Positions 1 through 13,559 of a stretch of 64,000 nucleotides of DNA are shown here, in pieces (the first letter of the stretch is position 1; each line of letters starts with the position of its first letter). A program made the translations under genes and the position numbers. This DNA comes from Octopus sinensis (taxonomy: Eukaryota). The notes beneath the pieces were generated by a model, which worked only from the letters and a program-made list of their open reading frames with translations, searched no databases and had not been told where the DNA came from. The DNA lies in contig NC_043007.1 of assembly GCF_006345805.1 (NCBI RefSeq), forward strand, positions 496,001 through 560,000, written 5' to 3'.

Positions 1-57
1 GGGACACTCGGCAAAAAATGGAAACACTGAAAGAAAATAATAATAATAATAATAATA

Positions 58-91
<34 letters not shown>

Positions 92-192
92 TAATAATAA
101 TATAAAATAATACAAATGATGATGATGATATTAATGATAATGATAATAATAATAATATAATAATGATGATGATGATGATATTAATGATAATG

Positions 193-225
<33 letters not shown>

Positions 226-262
226 TAATATAATAATGATGATGATGATATTAATGATAATG

Positions 263-317
<55 letters not shown>

Positions 318-337
318 TATTAATGATAATGATAATA
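1..337. repeat. (AAT)n/(GAT)n trinucleotide array with a recurring higher-order unit
   Basis: Direct reading; GATATTAATGATAATGATAATAAT recurs four times between about 126 and 339. Confidence 0.97.
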
Positions 338-587
338 ATCCCTATCGTAGTAGGCGCATTAGGTATGATAAAAAATATTCAGACAAATACATAACAAAAA
401 CACCAGGGCTTACAAACACATATAACATACAGAAAATTGCACTACTAGGCACTGCACACATCCTACGCAGAACACTTTCCATACAATAACCATCAGAGCA
501 TCACAACAAATCACAGCACATACCCAAGGCACACAGAGCTGCGCTCGGTAGTGAAGTGAAAGCACGTTATAAAAATAAAACAACTGA
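338..587 (+). mobile_element. R4/Dong-type (RLE) non-LTR retrotransposon, 5'-truncated 3' end (family A)
   Basis: With one 1-nt frameshift in the A run at 370-375 it reads IPIVVGALGMIK(K)YSDKYITKTPGLTNTYNIQKIALLGTAHILRRTLSIQ*, the typical RLE C-terminus (stop 487-489). A short 3' UTR ends in (AAT)n. About 97% identical by eye to 18721-18880. Confidence 0.8.
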
Positions 588-834
588 ATAATAATAATGA
601 TAATTGGAATATAATTTCCTGTAGAACTTCTGCAGAAAGTTTTCCTCTTAGGGACATAAAACATTATCAAGAGGGTTCTAAGAACATGAAAGGCTATTGA
701 AACCTATTAGGTACCTAAGGTTAAAGGTAGTAACCCGCTACCCACATAAATCATACCAGGAATAAAACCGAATCTGATTCAAATCAATAAAAATAGTTTC
801 GACCTTTGACTGAATTCTAGCAGTTGTGAGGAGA

Positions 835-1005
835 AAGAACAAGTCGATTACATCGACCCCAGTGCTTGAGCGGTAATAAAATTTATAGACCCTGGAAGGA
901 TAGACGGCGAGTTGATCATGGCAGGATTTGAACTCAAGATGTAAAGAGTCGGAAGAAATGGCGCTAAGAAATTTCCTTCCGTGAAAACGATTATGCAAAC
1001 CGTTC
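835..1005 (-). mobile_element. Degenerate MetaSINE-type SINE
   Basis: AAGTCGATTACATCGACCCCAGT...TTTATAGACCCTGGAAGGAT...GGATTTGAACTCA aligns to the better copies at 21594-22010 and 50830-51012. Confidence 0.7.
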
Positions 1006-1026
1006 ACATTCCTTTGTTTTTCTTTG

Positions 1027-1128
<102 letters not shown>

Positions 1129-1146
1129 TTCTATCTATCTATCCTA

Positions 1147-1760
1147 GTGTAGGGGAGGTGCGACGACGCTCTCGGACAGAATCTGTGCGTCGACGAGGAA
1201 CACCTGACCCGCCTGTTCAGGAAACTTTCGGGCCGGGACCCATGGACATCTCCAAAGATCCCTGGCCTGGTTGTGCTATCGAGAAGCATTACCTGTTCGG
1301 GATAAGCTCCATCTATTTATCAGTCTATTTATCTGTCTATGTATCTGTCTGTCTGTCTCGCTCTCAATCTATCTATGTATCCATCCATCTATACATCCAT
1401 CCATCCATCTGTCCGTCTGGGACGAGTCCGCCTGTCGGCCGAATCTGTTGGAATAGTTGCTCCGCCACCTTCCCTCAACCGGGAAGGCAAGGCAGTCTTC
1501 ATCGTACTGGTGGCCATGGTGAAAGAATGTGTGTGGTGGACTCGAACGAAAGGATTAGAGACAAACACCTCTCTGGCCAATCGCTCATCAACTTTTTCAA
1601 GTACCACTTGTAAAGGAAGGTGAGAATAGAGAGACATGTTTTGTCTATTGAAAGTTTCAAAAAAAGGTGAGTGAATGTAGCAAAGATTGTACGTGCGAGT
1701 GATGAAACGACTTTGAGCATGATCCTGTAAATCGAAAAAAGATACAGAGCACTTTGCACT
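1147..1760 (+). mobile_element. L1/Tx1-clade ORF2 C-terminal fragment (zf-RVT region), split by a (TATC)n tract
   Basis: Reads RSLAWLCYREALPVRDKLH (about 1255-1313), the zf-RVT start, and after the microsatellite AVFIVLVAMVKECVWWTR...SGQSLINFFKYHL. 1760-2260 may be its 3' UTR. Confidence 0.65.
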
Positions 1761-2387
1761 CATGTGTTTATTCCCTCCTTGCATGAGGTTACCGTGGTCT
1801 TTTCCGTAGGCTTTTCTTTCTACGGATAAACCTAATCTTACTTTTTACATTTTTAAAACTCTTCTGTGATGCATAATCCCTTTTGATCGCCTTTTAAAAA
1901 TATATTCGATCCCTTTTGATCGAAATTTTACTATCTTTCTTAATTTTCTTTTTCATGTATGGTTCGAGTATTCGTGTATGTATGGGAATGTGCGTGCCAA
2001 AGCATTGGGAGATCTTTTGCGTGAACTGACATTGAAAGCCGAGTTGCTACAGAAACAATTGTAAGTGATCCTTGACGATGTGTTAAAGTCTTGCTTTGCC
2101 TTCCTCTTTGGATTATACGTATTTAACTTTTTCGCTAATCCGACATAACGCTTTTACCGTTGTGAAATATGGATTTTCTGCATCTTATGAATCTTGATAT
2201 CAGTGTAGAAAACGACATTGCAGAAAGCTTAAAGCACCAGTTGAGTGCTACATTGGAAATACCTTATCTTTCTATCCTCCCAAGGCCTTCTATTTTTGCT
2301 CTATACTGAATATATTCTTAATGTTTTCGAACGTACATGCACATATATACATATGCCTTACCACAGAAGCTCTGACGTGAAGCCACG

Positions 2388-2419
<32 letters not shown>

Positions 2420-2448
2420 GCACACACACACACACACACACATATATA

Positions 2449-2488
<40 letters not shown>

Positions 2489-2506
2489 CACACACACATA
2501 TATATG

Positions 2507-2736
2507 TAAGCGGGAAGCTGGCAGAAACGGTAGCACGCCGGGCGAAATGCGAAGCCGTATTTCGTCTGCTGTTAAGTTCTGAGTTCAAATTCCGCCGAGG
2601 TTGACTTTGACTTTCATCCTTCCGGGCTCGATAAATTAAGTACCAGTTACGCACTGGGGTCGATGGAATCGACTTAATCCGTTTGTCTGTCCTTGTTTGT
2701 CCCCTCTGTGTTTAGCCCCTTGAGGGTAGTAAAGAA
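2507..2736 (+). mobile_element. MetaSINE-type tRNA-derived SINE, full length
   Basis: Head AGCTGGCAGAAACG...GAGTTCAAATTCC (B-box-like), central GACTTTCATCCTTCCGGGCTCGATAAATTAAGTACCAG (Meta-like domain), tail TAGCCCCTTG...AAAGAA. Confidence 0.85.
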
Positions 2737-2775
<39 letters not shown>

Positions 2776-2777
2776 TA

Positions 2778-3108
2778 TGAGGGAGACTGCCTTCAGTCAT
2801 GAATGACCTTGTGATTGCACCTAGAAAGTTACCCTCCGAGGTACAAGTCCGGGCAAGGTTCTTTATGGAGGGCCAGCAGTCGCCCATGCATATCACCCTC
2901 CCCTCTCCACACCACTGATAGAAAGCAAAGGCCGTTACAGCTTGACCTCAGTGATGTCACAACTCATTTTTGCGGCTGAGTGAACTGGAGCAATGTGAAA
3001 ATAAAGTGTCTTGCTCAAGAACACAACACGCAGCCCGGTCCGGGATTCGAACTCACAAGCTCACGACCGTAAGCTCGACGCTCTAACCACTAAGCCATGC
3101 ACCTTCAC
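2778..3108 (-). mobile_element. tRNA-headed SINE, group C (variant tail)
   Basis: Minus strand begins GAAGGTGCATGGCTTAGTGGTTAGAGCGTCG...GAGTTCGAATCCCGGACCGG, then CTTGAGCAAGACACTTTATTTTCAC...CTCCAGTTCACTCAGC. Confidence 0.75.
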
Positions 3109-3117
3109 ACAGACATA

Positions 3118-3190
<73 letters not shown>

Positions 3191-3420
3191 GCATATATAC
3201 ATACATATTTGTAAGAACCTACATATATATGTAAATATATATACCTGCATATATGGGTACAGCGCATAGACATGAACGTAGACAGTGAGAAACGAAAGCA
3301 TAAAAAGCAAAAACATAGAAAACGAACTTTTTTCGAAGAGCAAACAAAAAAGAAAGGAGAATCTAGAAGGCAACATAAAGAACATTCACTTCATCAGTTG
3401 TCCTCTGTTTTATCTACTCC

Positions 3421-3458
<38 letters not shown>

Positions 3459-3593
3459 ATATATATATAATATATATATATATATACACATATATATGTA
3501 TATATACACATATCTAAATCTGATATATAGAACTATCCCTGATGTTTCAGGAGTGTAGCCTCACCCCCTTAGATGTTTTGAGAACTCAGATGT

Positions 3594-3687
3594 TATTTCG
3601 GCTGATGAGTACGGGTCACTTGTATTTCCTGCAATATTTCCAGCCTTAATAAAGGTGGTCTTCGTACGAAACAATTGTACTGAAATA
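3594..3687 (+). ncRNA. Minimal type-I hammerhead ribozyme (Penelope-associated type)
   Basis: Stem I TATTTCGG(3594-3601)/CTGAAATA(3680-3687); core CTGATGA 3602-3608; stem II GTACG/CGTAC, extendable; GAAA 3668-3671; palindromic stem III CAATTG; cleavage triplet GTA 3677-3679. Confidence 0.85.
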
Positions 3688-4106
3688 TTGATCCATTTTT
3701 GTTGCTTTTTTCTTGTATATATATATATATATCAAAATAAGTAACACCTTATTTTGAAATTGTATGGATAATACCGTACTAAATTCTGGCGTCTCAACTT
3801 AAGTACCATATTCATCTGAATCTAAATTTTTACTGAACTCATATGTGTGTGTGTGTCTGTGTGTGTGTGTGTGTGTGTAGATATGAGTATAGATGAGTAG
3901 ATCGATCGATCGATAAATAGATAGCTAGATACATACATACATACATAGATGGACATATGTCATGGCAGACTGCCACACTTATAGTCATCTTCTAACATTT
4001 ACTGACCTCTTACTTCATAACAATAACGCATTCAGCATCTTTTCTTGCCATCTCCCCTTCCTCCTCCTCCTTCTCCCGCTCCTCCGGTTCCAGTTCCATC
4101 ATAAGC

Positions 4107-4127
4107 GTCGCCGTCACCATCATCATC

Positions 4128-4159
<32 letters not shown>

Positions 4160-4235
4160 CATCACTATCATCATCATCATCATCATCATCATCACCACCA
4201 CCACCACATTCACCACCACCACCACCACCACCACC

Positions 4236-4266
<31 letters not shown>

Positions 4267-4313
4267 TCATCACTATCATCATCATCACTATCATCATCAT
4301 CATCATCATCATT

Positions 4314-4344
<31 letters not shown>

Positions 4345-4375
4345 CCGTGGTCTTCTTCTTCGTCGTCGTTAACAG
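4107..4375. repeat. (CAT)n/(CAC)n trinucleotide array
   Basis: Direct reading; source of the poly-His/Met/Asp ORFs. Confidence 0.97.
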
Positions 4376-4979
4376 CGATAAAAACGAGAAAGCACACATG
4401 TGATCGACAGAAAAGCTAGAAATAGCAGCCAACAACCGCAATGCATCTCCTTCCTCTCCGTCGGATAATTATATTTTTGTACGATCTTTAAAATAGGAAT
4501 CTATGAAAACACCAGATAAGATCTTATTAGGCTTCGATTAATATGTATTAACGAACGAAAGCTCCAGCATAAGTAGGACACCGCTGGTAAGAACTAGAAA
4601 GCATAATCACGGCGATTAAGGGCTACAAAAACCACCACCACCACCACAACTTCTACAACAATAAATACAACAATAACCACAAATCTAACAAATGGGCATT
4701 TCCGGTCTTGGTTTGTACAAAGGAAACCACTGAAACGTGACGCGCGTAGCAAAAGTTACGTGTGCATAGCTGAATGTCTTTAGTAACTCATCATATACGA
4801 CTGCTCGTCTGCACACAACTACTTCTGTCTGAGCAGCCGAGATCTTTGTCACTAGAACTCGCTATATACCCGACTTCCTCTCCTCTCTCTCTCTTTCTTT
4901 CTTCTTTCAGCCTCACTGCGATTCTCTCTTTCTCTTTATCACTCTCTCTCTCTCTCTCTCTCTCTCGGTTTGTATTTCC

Positions 4980-5019
4980 TTTCTCTCTAGACTACTTACG
5001 ATTGATCTATCTATCTATC

Positions 5020-5059
<40 letters not shown>

Positions 5060-5289
5060 TGATCTGTTTAGCATATCTATCAATTTAACTATCTGTCTAA
5101 TTATCAATCAATCTATCTATCTGTCTGTCTATCCCCAAAAAGAAAAGCTCTACCTTGTAATTTGTCCCGTCTGTGTGCAGCCATGTGTGGCTAATAAAGA
5201 AACATATCTGTCTGTCTATCTATCCATTTATTGTTTAGCATATCTATCCATTTATTTATCTATCTGTCCATATATCTATCTATCTCTCA

Positions 5290-5345
<56 letters not shown>

Positions 5346-5354
5346 GTTTGTCTG

Positions 5355-5407
<53 letters not shown>

Positions 5408-5416
5408 ATATCTATA

Positions 5417-5458
<42 letters not shown>

Positions 5459-5485
5459 CCTATCTATCTATCTGTCCATCTATCT
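4980..5485. repeat. (TATC)n tetranucleotide arrays
   Basis: Direct reading. Confidence 0.95.
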
Positions 5486-5749
5486 GTGGGAAGATAGACA
5501 CATTTGTGTCTATCTTCCCACCCCTCTCTCTCTCTCTCTCTCTCTCTCTTCTTTCACTCAATTTTTCTCCTGTTTTTTCCCCCTCTCTCCCTCTCTCTGT
5601 CCAGACCTTATTCCACACTTACCTTATATATATCTTGTGATTTATGCCTGTCTATATCTCTCCACACCATTCGCGTGCGCGCCAAAACGCGTGTGGGTAT
5701 GTATATAGGTATGTATGTATATCAAACGATTATATATCCATGCATGTAT

Positions 5750-5754
<5 letters not shown>

Positions 5755-5841
<87 letters not shown>

Positions 5842-5871
5842 CATATATATATATATATATATCATTATATA

Positions 5872-5909
<38 letters not shown>

Positions 5910-5923
5910 TATATAATATTATA

Positions 5924-5982
<59 letters not shown>

Positions 5983-6017
5983 ATATATATTATACAATAT
6001 ATATATATAATATATAT

Positions 6018-6090
<73 letters not shown>

Positions 6091-6171
6091 TAGATAGATA
6101 GATTGAGAGATAGATATATAGATGGACAGATAGATAAATAAATGGATAGATATGCTAACAATATATATATG

Positions 6172-6215
<44 letters not shown>
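5755..6215. repeat. (TA)n / (GA)n microsatellite block
   Basis: Direct reading. Confidence 0.95.
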
Positions 6216-6222
<7 letters not shown>

Positions 6223-6914
6223 GAAACTCCGAAGTAAGTAACAACGGAGGAAAGTCCTTAGCTTCGATCGAATAAATTTGTCAATTTATCAACACTACTT
6301 ACGTATCAAGTGCTTCTTTACTCACGTTTGCAAATTCCAACACACCACACACGTGCGCACACACACGTACAAATATATTTGCACATATGCATATGTATTG
6401 GCTATTAGGTTATATATATACATACATATATATATATTATATATATATATACATATGTATGTATGTTTCTATGTATATATGCATACATATGTATATAAAT
6501 TATGTTTATAAATGTGTATATAGATATATATATGCATGAATATATATATGTGTGTGTGTATATACACATACCACATATATATTCATGCATATATATATAT
6601 TTATATACACGCACACACTCCAACATCGGGAGCATAGCCTACACTTGAGCACTCAACCTGCCATAATTATCGGCCAAATTTTCGTCAATTTACATCCTTC
6701 TTGATAAATAGACACGTTTATAAGGAACTATGTGTGGAAATATTTAGAAGGGGTAATCACGTTTGGAATGCGTTTGCTCATAGGTCTGTTCAACCAGTAT
6801 TTACGTATGCTTAAGTTAAACAGCACCATTATGCATACATACATACACACATATATAGATATGTGTATATATATAGATATGTATATATATATATATAATA
6901 TATATAATATATAT

Positions 6915-6945
<31 letters not shown>

Positions 6946-7126
6946 AGATATATATATGTGTGTGTATGTATTTGTATATATATATGTATATATATATATA
7001 TATGTGTATATATATATATGTATATATATATATACATATATACATACATGTATATATATATATATACATATATACATACATTGTATATATATATATATAT
7101 ATATATACATATTATATATATACATA

Positions 7127-7157
<31 letters not shown>

Positions 7158-7188
7158 CATTTTATATATAATATATATATATGTATGT

Positions 7189-7233
<45 letters not shown>

Positions 7234-7239
7234 TATATA

Positions 7240-7272
<33 letters not shown>

Positions 7273-8340
7273 TTAGTATTTTTTTTCTTATCGTGTCACT
7301 TTAGAAACAGTTGCTTACGCCAGCCACCACGCAAAAGTTGGCATTGAAAAATGGGCATTGAAAAGACGTGCACGCACCGCTTTCTATGTGTATGTGTGTG
7401 CGTGTGTGCATCTATTTGATGAATGCAATAAAACTATATATATGTGTGTGTGTATGCGTGTTTATCTTGAGATGCCTATGTGTCGGTAAGGTGAAGAGAA
7501 ACGGTGCAACAGCCCCAACGAGAGGGGGAAGTCTTATGCTGAGAGACAAGTGTGCGCATTCTTGGTCACATGTAACAAGCCGATACATGCTTGCTTCCGT
7601 AAGAATTTTCCTCCCTGCCTCCTTCTCTCTCTCTCTCTTTCTCCATCTCTGTATCTCTCTCTCTCTGTCTTTCTCTATTTCTTCCTCTATTTCGAGCTGT
7701 TGTTGTGCTTCGTCTAGGCGTTCGCCTCTATTCATTCAACCATTCATTCATCCGTATATTTATTTATTTAATCATTAATTCTGCCATTCGTTCATTCTTT
7801 CAATCGTTAATTCTTGCCTTCTTTCTTTTCATTCGTTCGCTCCATTCGTTCGTTCGTTCCCTCGTTCGTTCGTTCCATGCTTTATCGTTCAATCTTTCTT
7901 TCATTCATTCATTTATTCATTAATTGCATTGAGACTCATAACACAGCTGAAAAACACGACATTATCATTAGAATTGTCTGCTTGCAACTACTAAACAATA
8001 ACGAAACACAAACACAATCACATACACACCATACAATAGAACCACCCCCCATAACACCCACAAACTACCCACAAAGAAAACGAACGAAGAAAGACTAAAA
8101 AAAAAAAGACCAAAATGTAAAAATACTTAAACAAAAACATAACCCGCTAAAATTAATAATCAAGGAAAAAAAAAGTAAACACGAAACACGGAATTGGTTT
8201 ATACCAATGAACGACTCAGGAATACTTATACACAGAGACAACCACTAAACGCTTTGGTCGTCGCCTTTGTTATTGTTCAATATTTTTCCGTTCTGTTACT
8301 GATTTCTTTGCTGCTACTGTCGCGTTGTAACAACTCTTCA

Positions 8341-8390
<50 letters not shown>

Positions 8391-8482
8391 TATTATTATT
8401 ATTATTACTTTTTTTTTCCTCTTTCAAATTTGCTTCCATTTCTTGCCGAGTGTCTTCCCGACTCCTAGCGCAAAGAAACTCA

Positions 8483-8539
<57 letters not shown>

Positions 8540-9015
8540 CATTATTATTATTGGTATTGTTACGACTAGTATTGTCGTCGTCGTCGTATCGTCGACATCG
8601 TCGTTTCCGTTGTTGTCGTCGTCGTCGTCATCGATGACGACCCTGAGAAAGAACATCAACAACAACAACAACAATCTCTTCAGAAATCGGAAAATACCAT
8701 CAACTCGACTACTTCCAACGGTGCTTTCTGTAATCTAGCTGCTTGTTTTGATTAGCAAACTCCACAACATCAACACCACCACCACCACCACCACCACCAA
8801 CACCAACATCCCCGCCGCCACCTTTTGATCACTGTTTCTCTCTTCCTCCCTCCCTCCCTCCCTCTTTTTCTCTCTTTCCCTCATTCGTTCTTTCTCTCCC
8901 CTTCTTTCTCACACACACACACATACACTGCAGGGGAAAATACTCCACCGGTAGGTGTTGATCCACGTGAACAACGATAACACTTGCTTTCATTGTTTGT
9001 TTTGTTATTGCTGTC

Positions 9016-9082
<67 letters not shown>

Positions 9083-9842
9083 TCTTCTGTTTTCCTTTTA
9101 TATTCCTCTCTTCCTCTCTTCCTCTCTTCACTTCCTCCTCATTGTTCTGATGTCTTAAACTTCCTCTACCTTACCTGATTGCCTTATCTCTCCCCCACCC
9201 CCCTCTCTCTATCTCTCTCTTCTCGCTCTCTCTCTCTCTTTCTACTATTAGCTCCTCTCCTCTCTCTATCTCTAATATATCCATCTATCACTTTATTTCC
9301 TATTTCTTTCTAGACATTTCCAATCACTTTCACTTTCACATTCTTTTCCCTCGTTTCTCCATTCTTCTCTTCATTGATTGATATATAAACCTCTTCATTC
9401 CACTTTCCCGCTCTCTCTCTCTCTCTCTCTTTCTCCCACCTCTCCCCCTCTCTCTCTCTCTCTCTGTCATACTGATTTTATATTCCACGTTCTCTGTCAT
9501 TCACCTTACATATACAAACAAGTGCATATCTATACACATATACCCAAACTTATATTTGTACGCACAGACATTCACACAGATTTTGTGTCTGTCTGTTTGC
9601 CTGTCTGCCTGTCTGTCAGTTGCTCTCTCTCTCTCTCTCTCTCTCTCATTCTCTCTCTCTCTGCTCTGCTCTTTCTCTCTGTCGTTTTCTCCATCAGTTC
9701 TTCAGTGTTTGTTAACAGAAAATTTTTATCGAAAGCACCATCGCTATCCCCAACTTCTCCACACCACCTCTTGCATTCAATTTGTCGCTTTCTTTCTATT
9801 TATTTATTTTTTTGACTCAAACACACACACTGACACACACAT

Positions 9843-9879
<37 letters not shown>

Positions 9880-11193
9880 TACAAATACACACACACGCAC
9901 GCACACCCTTTATTCCATCATTTAGCCAGCCAATCCTCAGATCAACCACCCAAACATCCAGCCTCGTTCTCGTACAACTTGTCACACATACCCAAATCCA
10001 AGCAAAAACTCTCCATCAGTTCACTTTTCACTAAGGCACTCATTCAGTGACAACATACCAAGGCTTTTGAGCCATTTTGAATGCAGAAACACCAAGCAAT
10101 ACCCGATAATAATAATAATTTATAGGAAAAGTGTGTGTTCACCCGGATTGACCGCGTTAACCATTTTTATATTTCACTTGGACTGAAACTACAGTTTTGA
10201 TTCTAATTCTTACTCGGCAATTTATTTATTTATTTATTTTGTTATTTTAGTTGTTTTCTTTTTAATTAATTAATCTTTACAATTCTCCTCGATTCTTTTA
10301 ATTTTTACCCAAAGGGATGATTTTGTCTGGAACAAGTTAATTAACTGGAACTAATTAATTAACGCCAAAATCGTATAACAAATAACGTAACGAATACAAA
10401 CTCCTGTCAAAATTTAAAACAACAACAACTATTAAAAGAAGAAGAAATAATAATAGTAATAATAATTTATTAATAGTAATAATAATTAAAGGAAAATTCT
10501 TCCAGCTGAAAAAAACAAAAACAAAAGAAAACAAACTCATTTGAATTACTCTACTCTAAGAATACGGAAGCTTATACCATTTTTAGGTAAGTAAAATTTT
10601 GTTTATTATTAGATAAAACAGCATCATACCAACAACAAAAACAAGAATATCAATAACACTGCTATTGCTATTAGCATCAATAAAAATAATAACAAACCAA
10701 ACCTCTACATAGTCGCACTATCGGCTGGAAATAGCAGCCAAATTTCTTTGAAAAGAAAGGAAAATAACACACGAATTCTTTGGATGTTTCAGTAATTTTC
10801 AAAACACACAATTGTCACAGCGTGAGCGTTTTTTTTTCTAATTTTTTTTTATCATACATTCACACAATCAGGTGTAACTAAGAACCTTGACTATTATATA
10901 ACAGGCTCTCGGTATTTCGTATCATGTGGGGTTATAGAAGAGTTTAGTGTATTTCTGGTTATTTTATCGGAGCCGGGAAGAGGAAAGACAAAGGTGACTG
11001 CATTGTGATTACATATTATTTTAAGCTTTTTTTAGTTGAGCAATGCCGAGGGTCGACCATACACATTGCATTATTTAATTTTAACGTGAGGAGTAATTAG
11101 ACCTGGCAAACCCCAACTCCGAAGTTCTATAAACAGCAACAACGACAACAATAACAATAACAATAACAACGGAAAACCATGCCTGACGTAACC

Positions 11194-11345
11194 GTTCGAT
11201 CTGCTAGAAATAACAGACAAATTCTTTTTAACCACACCCTAATTTTCCCGGAATTAGGGAAGGCCAGATTGGACAATATAGCTGAATATATGCAAAAAAG
11301 GGGCATGGCTATAACTGAAACGCCTTCGATTGTGTCTGCAAAATT
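11194..11345 (+). repeat. Unclassified dispersed repeat (family D)
   Basis: GTTCGATCTGCTAGAAATAACAGACAAATT core shared with 11462-11645 (-), 47625-47790 and several fragments. Confidence 0.55.
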
Positions 11346-11461
11346 AGAACCTATCTGGGGCTATATAACAACATCGGCAACAAAAACAATGAAAAGGGCC
11401 ACAGTATGATAGGATTACCAAGAACTTTAAGTGACATGCTGTGTTGTTAACGTGTTTTTAA

Positions 11462-11645
11462 CCCTAAGTAAATCCTGGCCGAGCAGACCTACGATAAAAA
11501 GTCTTTCCAACCATGACCATTCAAAATCTTTCTTTTTTTTTTTTTGAATCAAGTACTGACAACATTTTTTTACAGTGCACTTCTGTATTTAAGACGGTGA
11601 AATGTAATTAAAGGAAAATTTAATTGCTATTTCTAGCATGTAGAC
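11462..11645 (-). repeat. Unclassified dispersed repeat (family D)
   Basis: Minus strand has ATGCTAGAAATAGCAATT...ACCGTCTTAAA...GGTCATGGTTGGAAAGACTTTTTATCGTAGGTCTGCTCGGCCAGG, alignable to 47625-47790. Confidence 0.55.
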
Positions 11646-12329
11646 GTTTACTTGTTGGCTTGAGTAGCGGCATGTGTTTTGACGTAACACAAGGTCAATT
11701 TTTACACGGTATCTGATACTGACGATTAAATAAATACCCAAGTATTATTATTTATTTCTCTTAAGCAACGATTAAAGCTTACATAAGAACGCAGTCTGAA
11801 AATACTACCAAAAAACTTGATGTTGGTAACTTTCCAAAGGGCACCGGGTTTTTCAAAATTTTTTAATTATTATTTTTCTTTTTTATACTAACAACGGTGC
11901 CATTTTAATCTCGAACCCGTGTTGCAAGCTGTTATCGCCAGAAATTAATTAAGACGATACAGAACGCATGGAGTAATTTTTTTTTTCCTTAAGTTCCAGT
12001 AACAGTTGTATGAATGAAGGGTGACGATATGATTAGGACCCGTTATTGCTTTTCTGGAGGTGTTTAACGACGTTAAGGAAATGGAAATGCTTTCTGGTGT
12101 GATACCGAAAACTAGGTTGCACACTCACCACGCACATGTGATGTCATGTAAACAGTGTTCCTGGTTAGTAATATAAATAGCAATGATGGTATAATACACG
12201 TAGAGTACATGGACAATATGTGCACGCTTACTTTAATTTTGTACTAGAATAAATACAAACACATGCAGACACAAGCGTAATATACATGCACAGACATATC
12301 CATGTATACATATATGTAAATAATGATAG

Positions 12330-12449
12330 AAAGATAGAAAGATAGAGGCAGAGATAGAAGGAACGATAGGGAGACAGACAGATAGACAGATAAATAATAG
12401 ATAGATAGATAGATAGATAGAGATAGATAGATAGATAGATATATAGATG

Positions 12450-12489
<40 letters not shown>

Positions 12490-12924
12490 TACAAATATAT
12501 AAATTATTAAATATAGATAGACAGACAGATCGAGAGATATACAGATAGATAGACAGATAAATAGTTAGGTACGTAGATAGATACATAGATAGATACATAG
12601 ATATATACATACATACATATATACATACATGCATGGATACACATAGGTAGACAGACAGATGGATAGAAAGGTAGATAGGTAGATTGATAGATACACCCAC
12701 AGACATACACACAGAGAGATAAATAGCTAGCTAGATAGCTAGATACATGGGTAGATAGATTAATTGATAGATAGATAGACAAGTATGTAGGTAGATAGGT
12801 TGGTAGGTAGGTAGATCGACAGATAGTCGGACAGATTGATAGATAAATAGATACATAGATAGAAAGACAGATAGATAGATAGATAGGTAGATAGACAGCA
12901 AGACAGACAGACAGACAGACAGAC

Positions 12925-12977
<53 letters not shown>

Positions 12978-13062
12978 TACAGACAGACAGATGAACAGAT
13001 AGGTAGATAGATAGATAGATAGAAAGATAGATAGACGGAGAGGTAGAAAGAAAGATAGCTAC
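12330..13062. repeat. (GATA)n/(GACA)n degenerate tetranucleotide array
   Basis: Direct reading. Confidence 0.95.
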
Positions 13063-13203
13063 GGAATGTGCGCATGACCTTTGTAGGTCTTTCGACACCG
13101 GTTAGATCATTGCGGTTAATGTTTCTCTTCCACAGTCTATGTGCGTGTAAGCGCGCGCGCGTAACTATGTGCACACTCACTACAATATATATATATATGT
13201 ACA

Positions 13204-13256
<53 letters not shown>

Positions 13257-13259
13257 GTG

Positions 13260-13291
<32 letters not shown>

Positions 13292-13559
13292 GTTTATATA
13301 TATGTATGCATGCATGTATGCGTGTGCGTGAAATGCTACATGTGTGTGTTAGTCTGGTAGTGTGCATGTAGTGATATTTACACGTCTACATATGCGTGTA
13401 TTTATGTTAATTTACAGCAATGCATGGCTAACTCTACCAAGCGATGCTGCCGCATGGCCACGGTTAACCAGTGTCAACCGGCGGAAAAAATGGTGAAGTA
13501 CCTGCATAGACGTTTAAAGACGCACACACGCGCGCGTGAACGCAAACATGCATGCGCGC

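Noticed and set aside
3300-3405. Minus-strand CTGATGAAG...CTTCGAAA as another hammerhead
   Set aside because: I could not build stem I or a valid stem III/NUH; at most a decayed PLE end.
3962-4441. Poly-His, poly-Met and poly-Asp ORFs
   Set aside because: Translations of a (CAT)n/(CAC)n microsatellite; no splice or domain support.
8600-8760. Possible coding exon (DDDPEKEHQQQQQQSLQKSEN... or MTTLRKNINNNNNN...)
   Set aside because: Low complexity, short, no recognisable homology or clear splice pair; kept only as part of the TE-poor zone.
13420-13510. Possible exon after TTTACAG (MANSTKRCCRMATVNQ...)
   Set aside because: No recognisable domain in any frame, and the ORF length comes from the downstream satellite.
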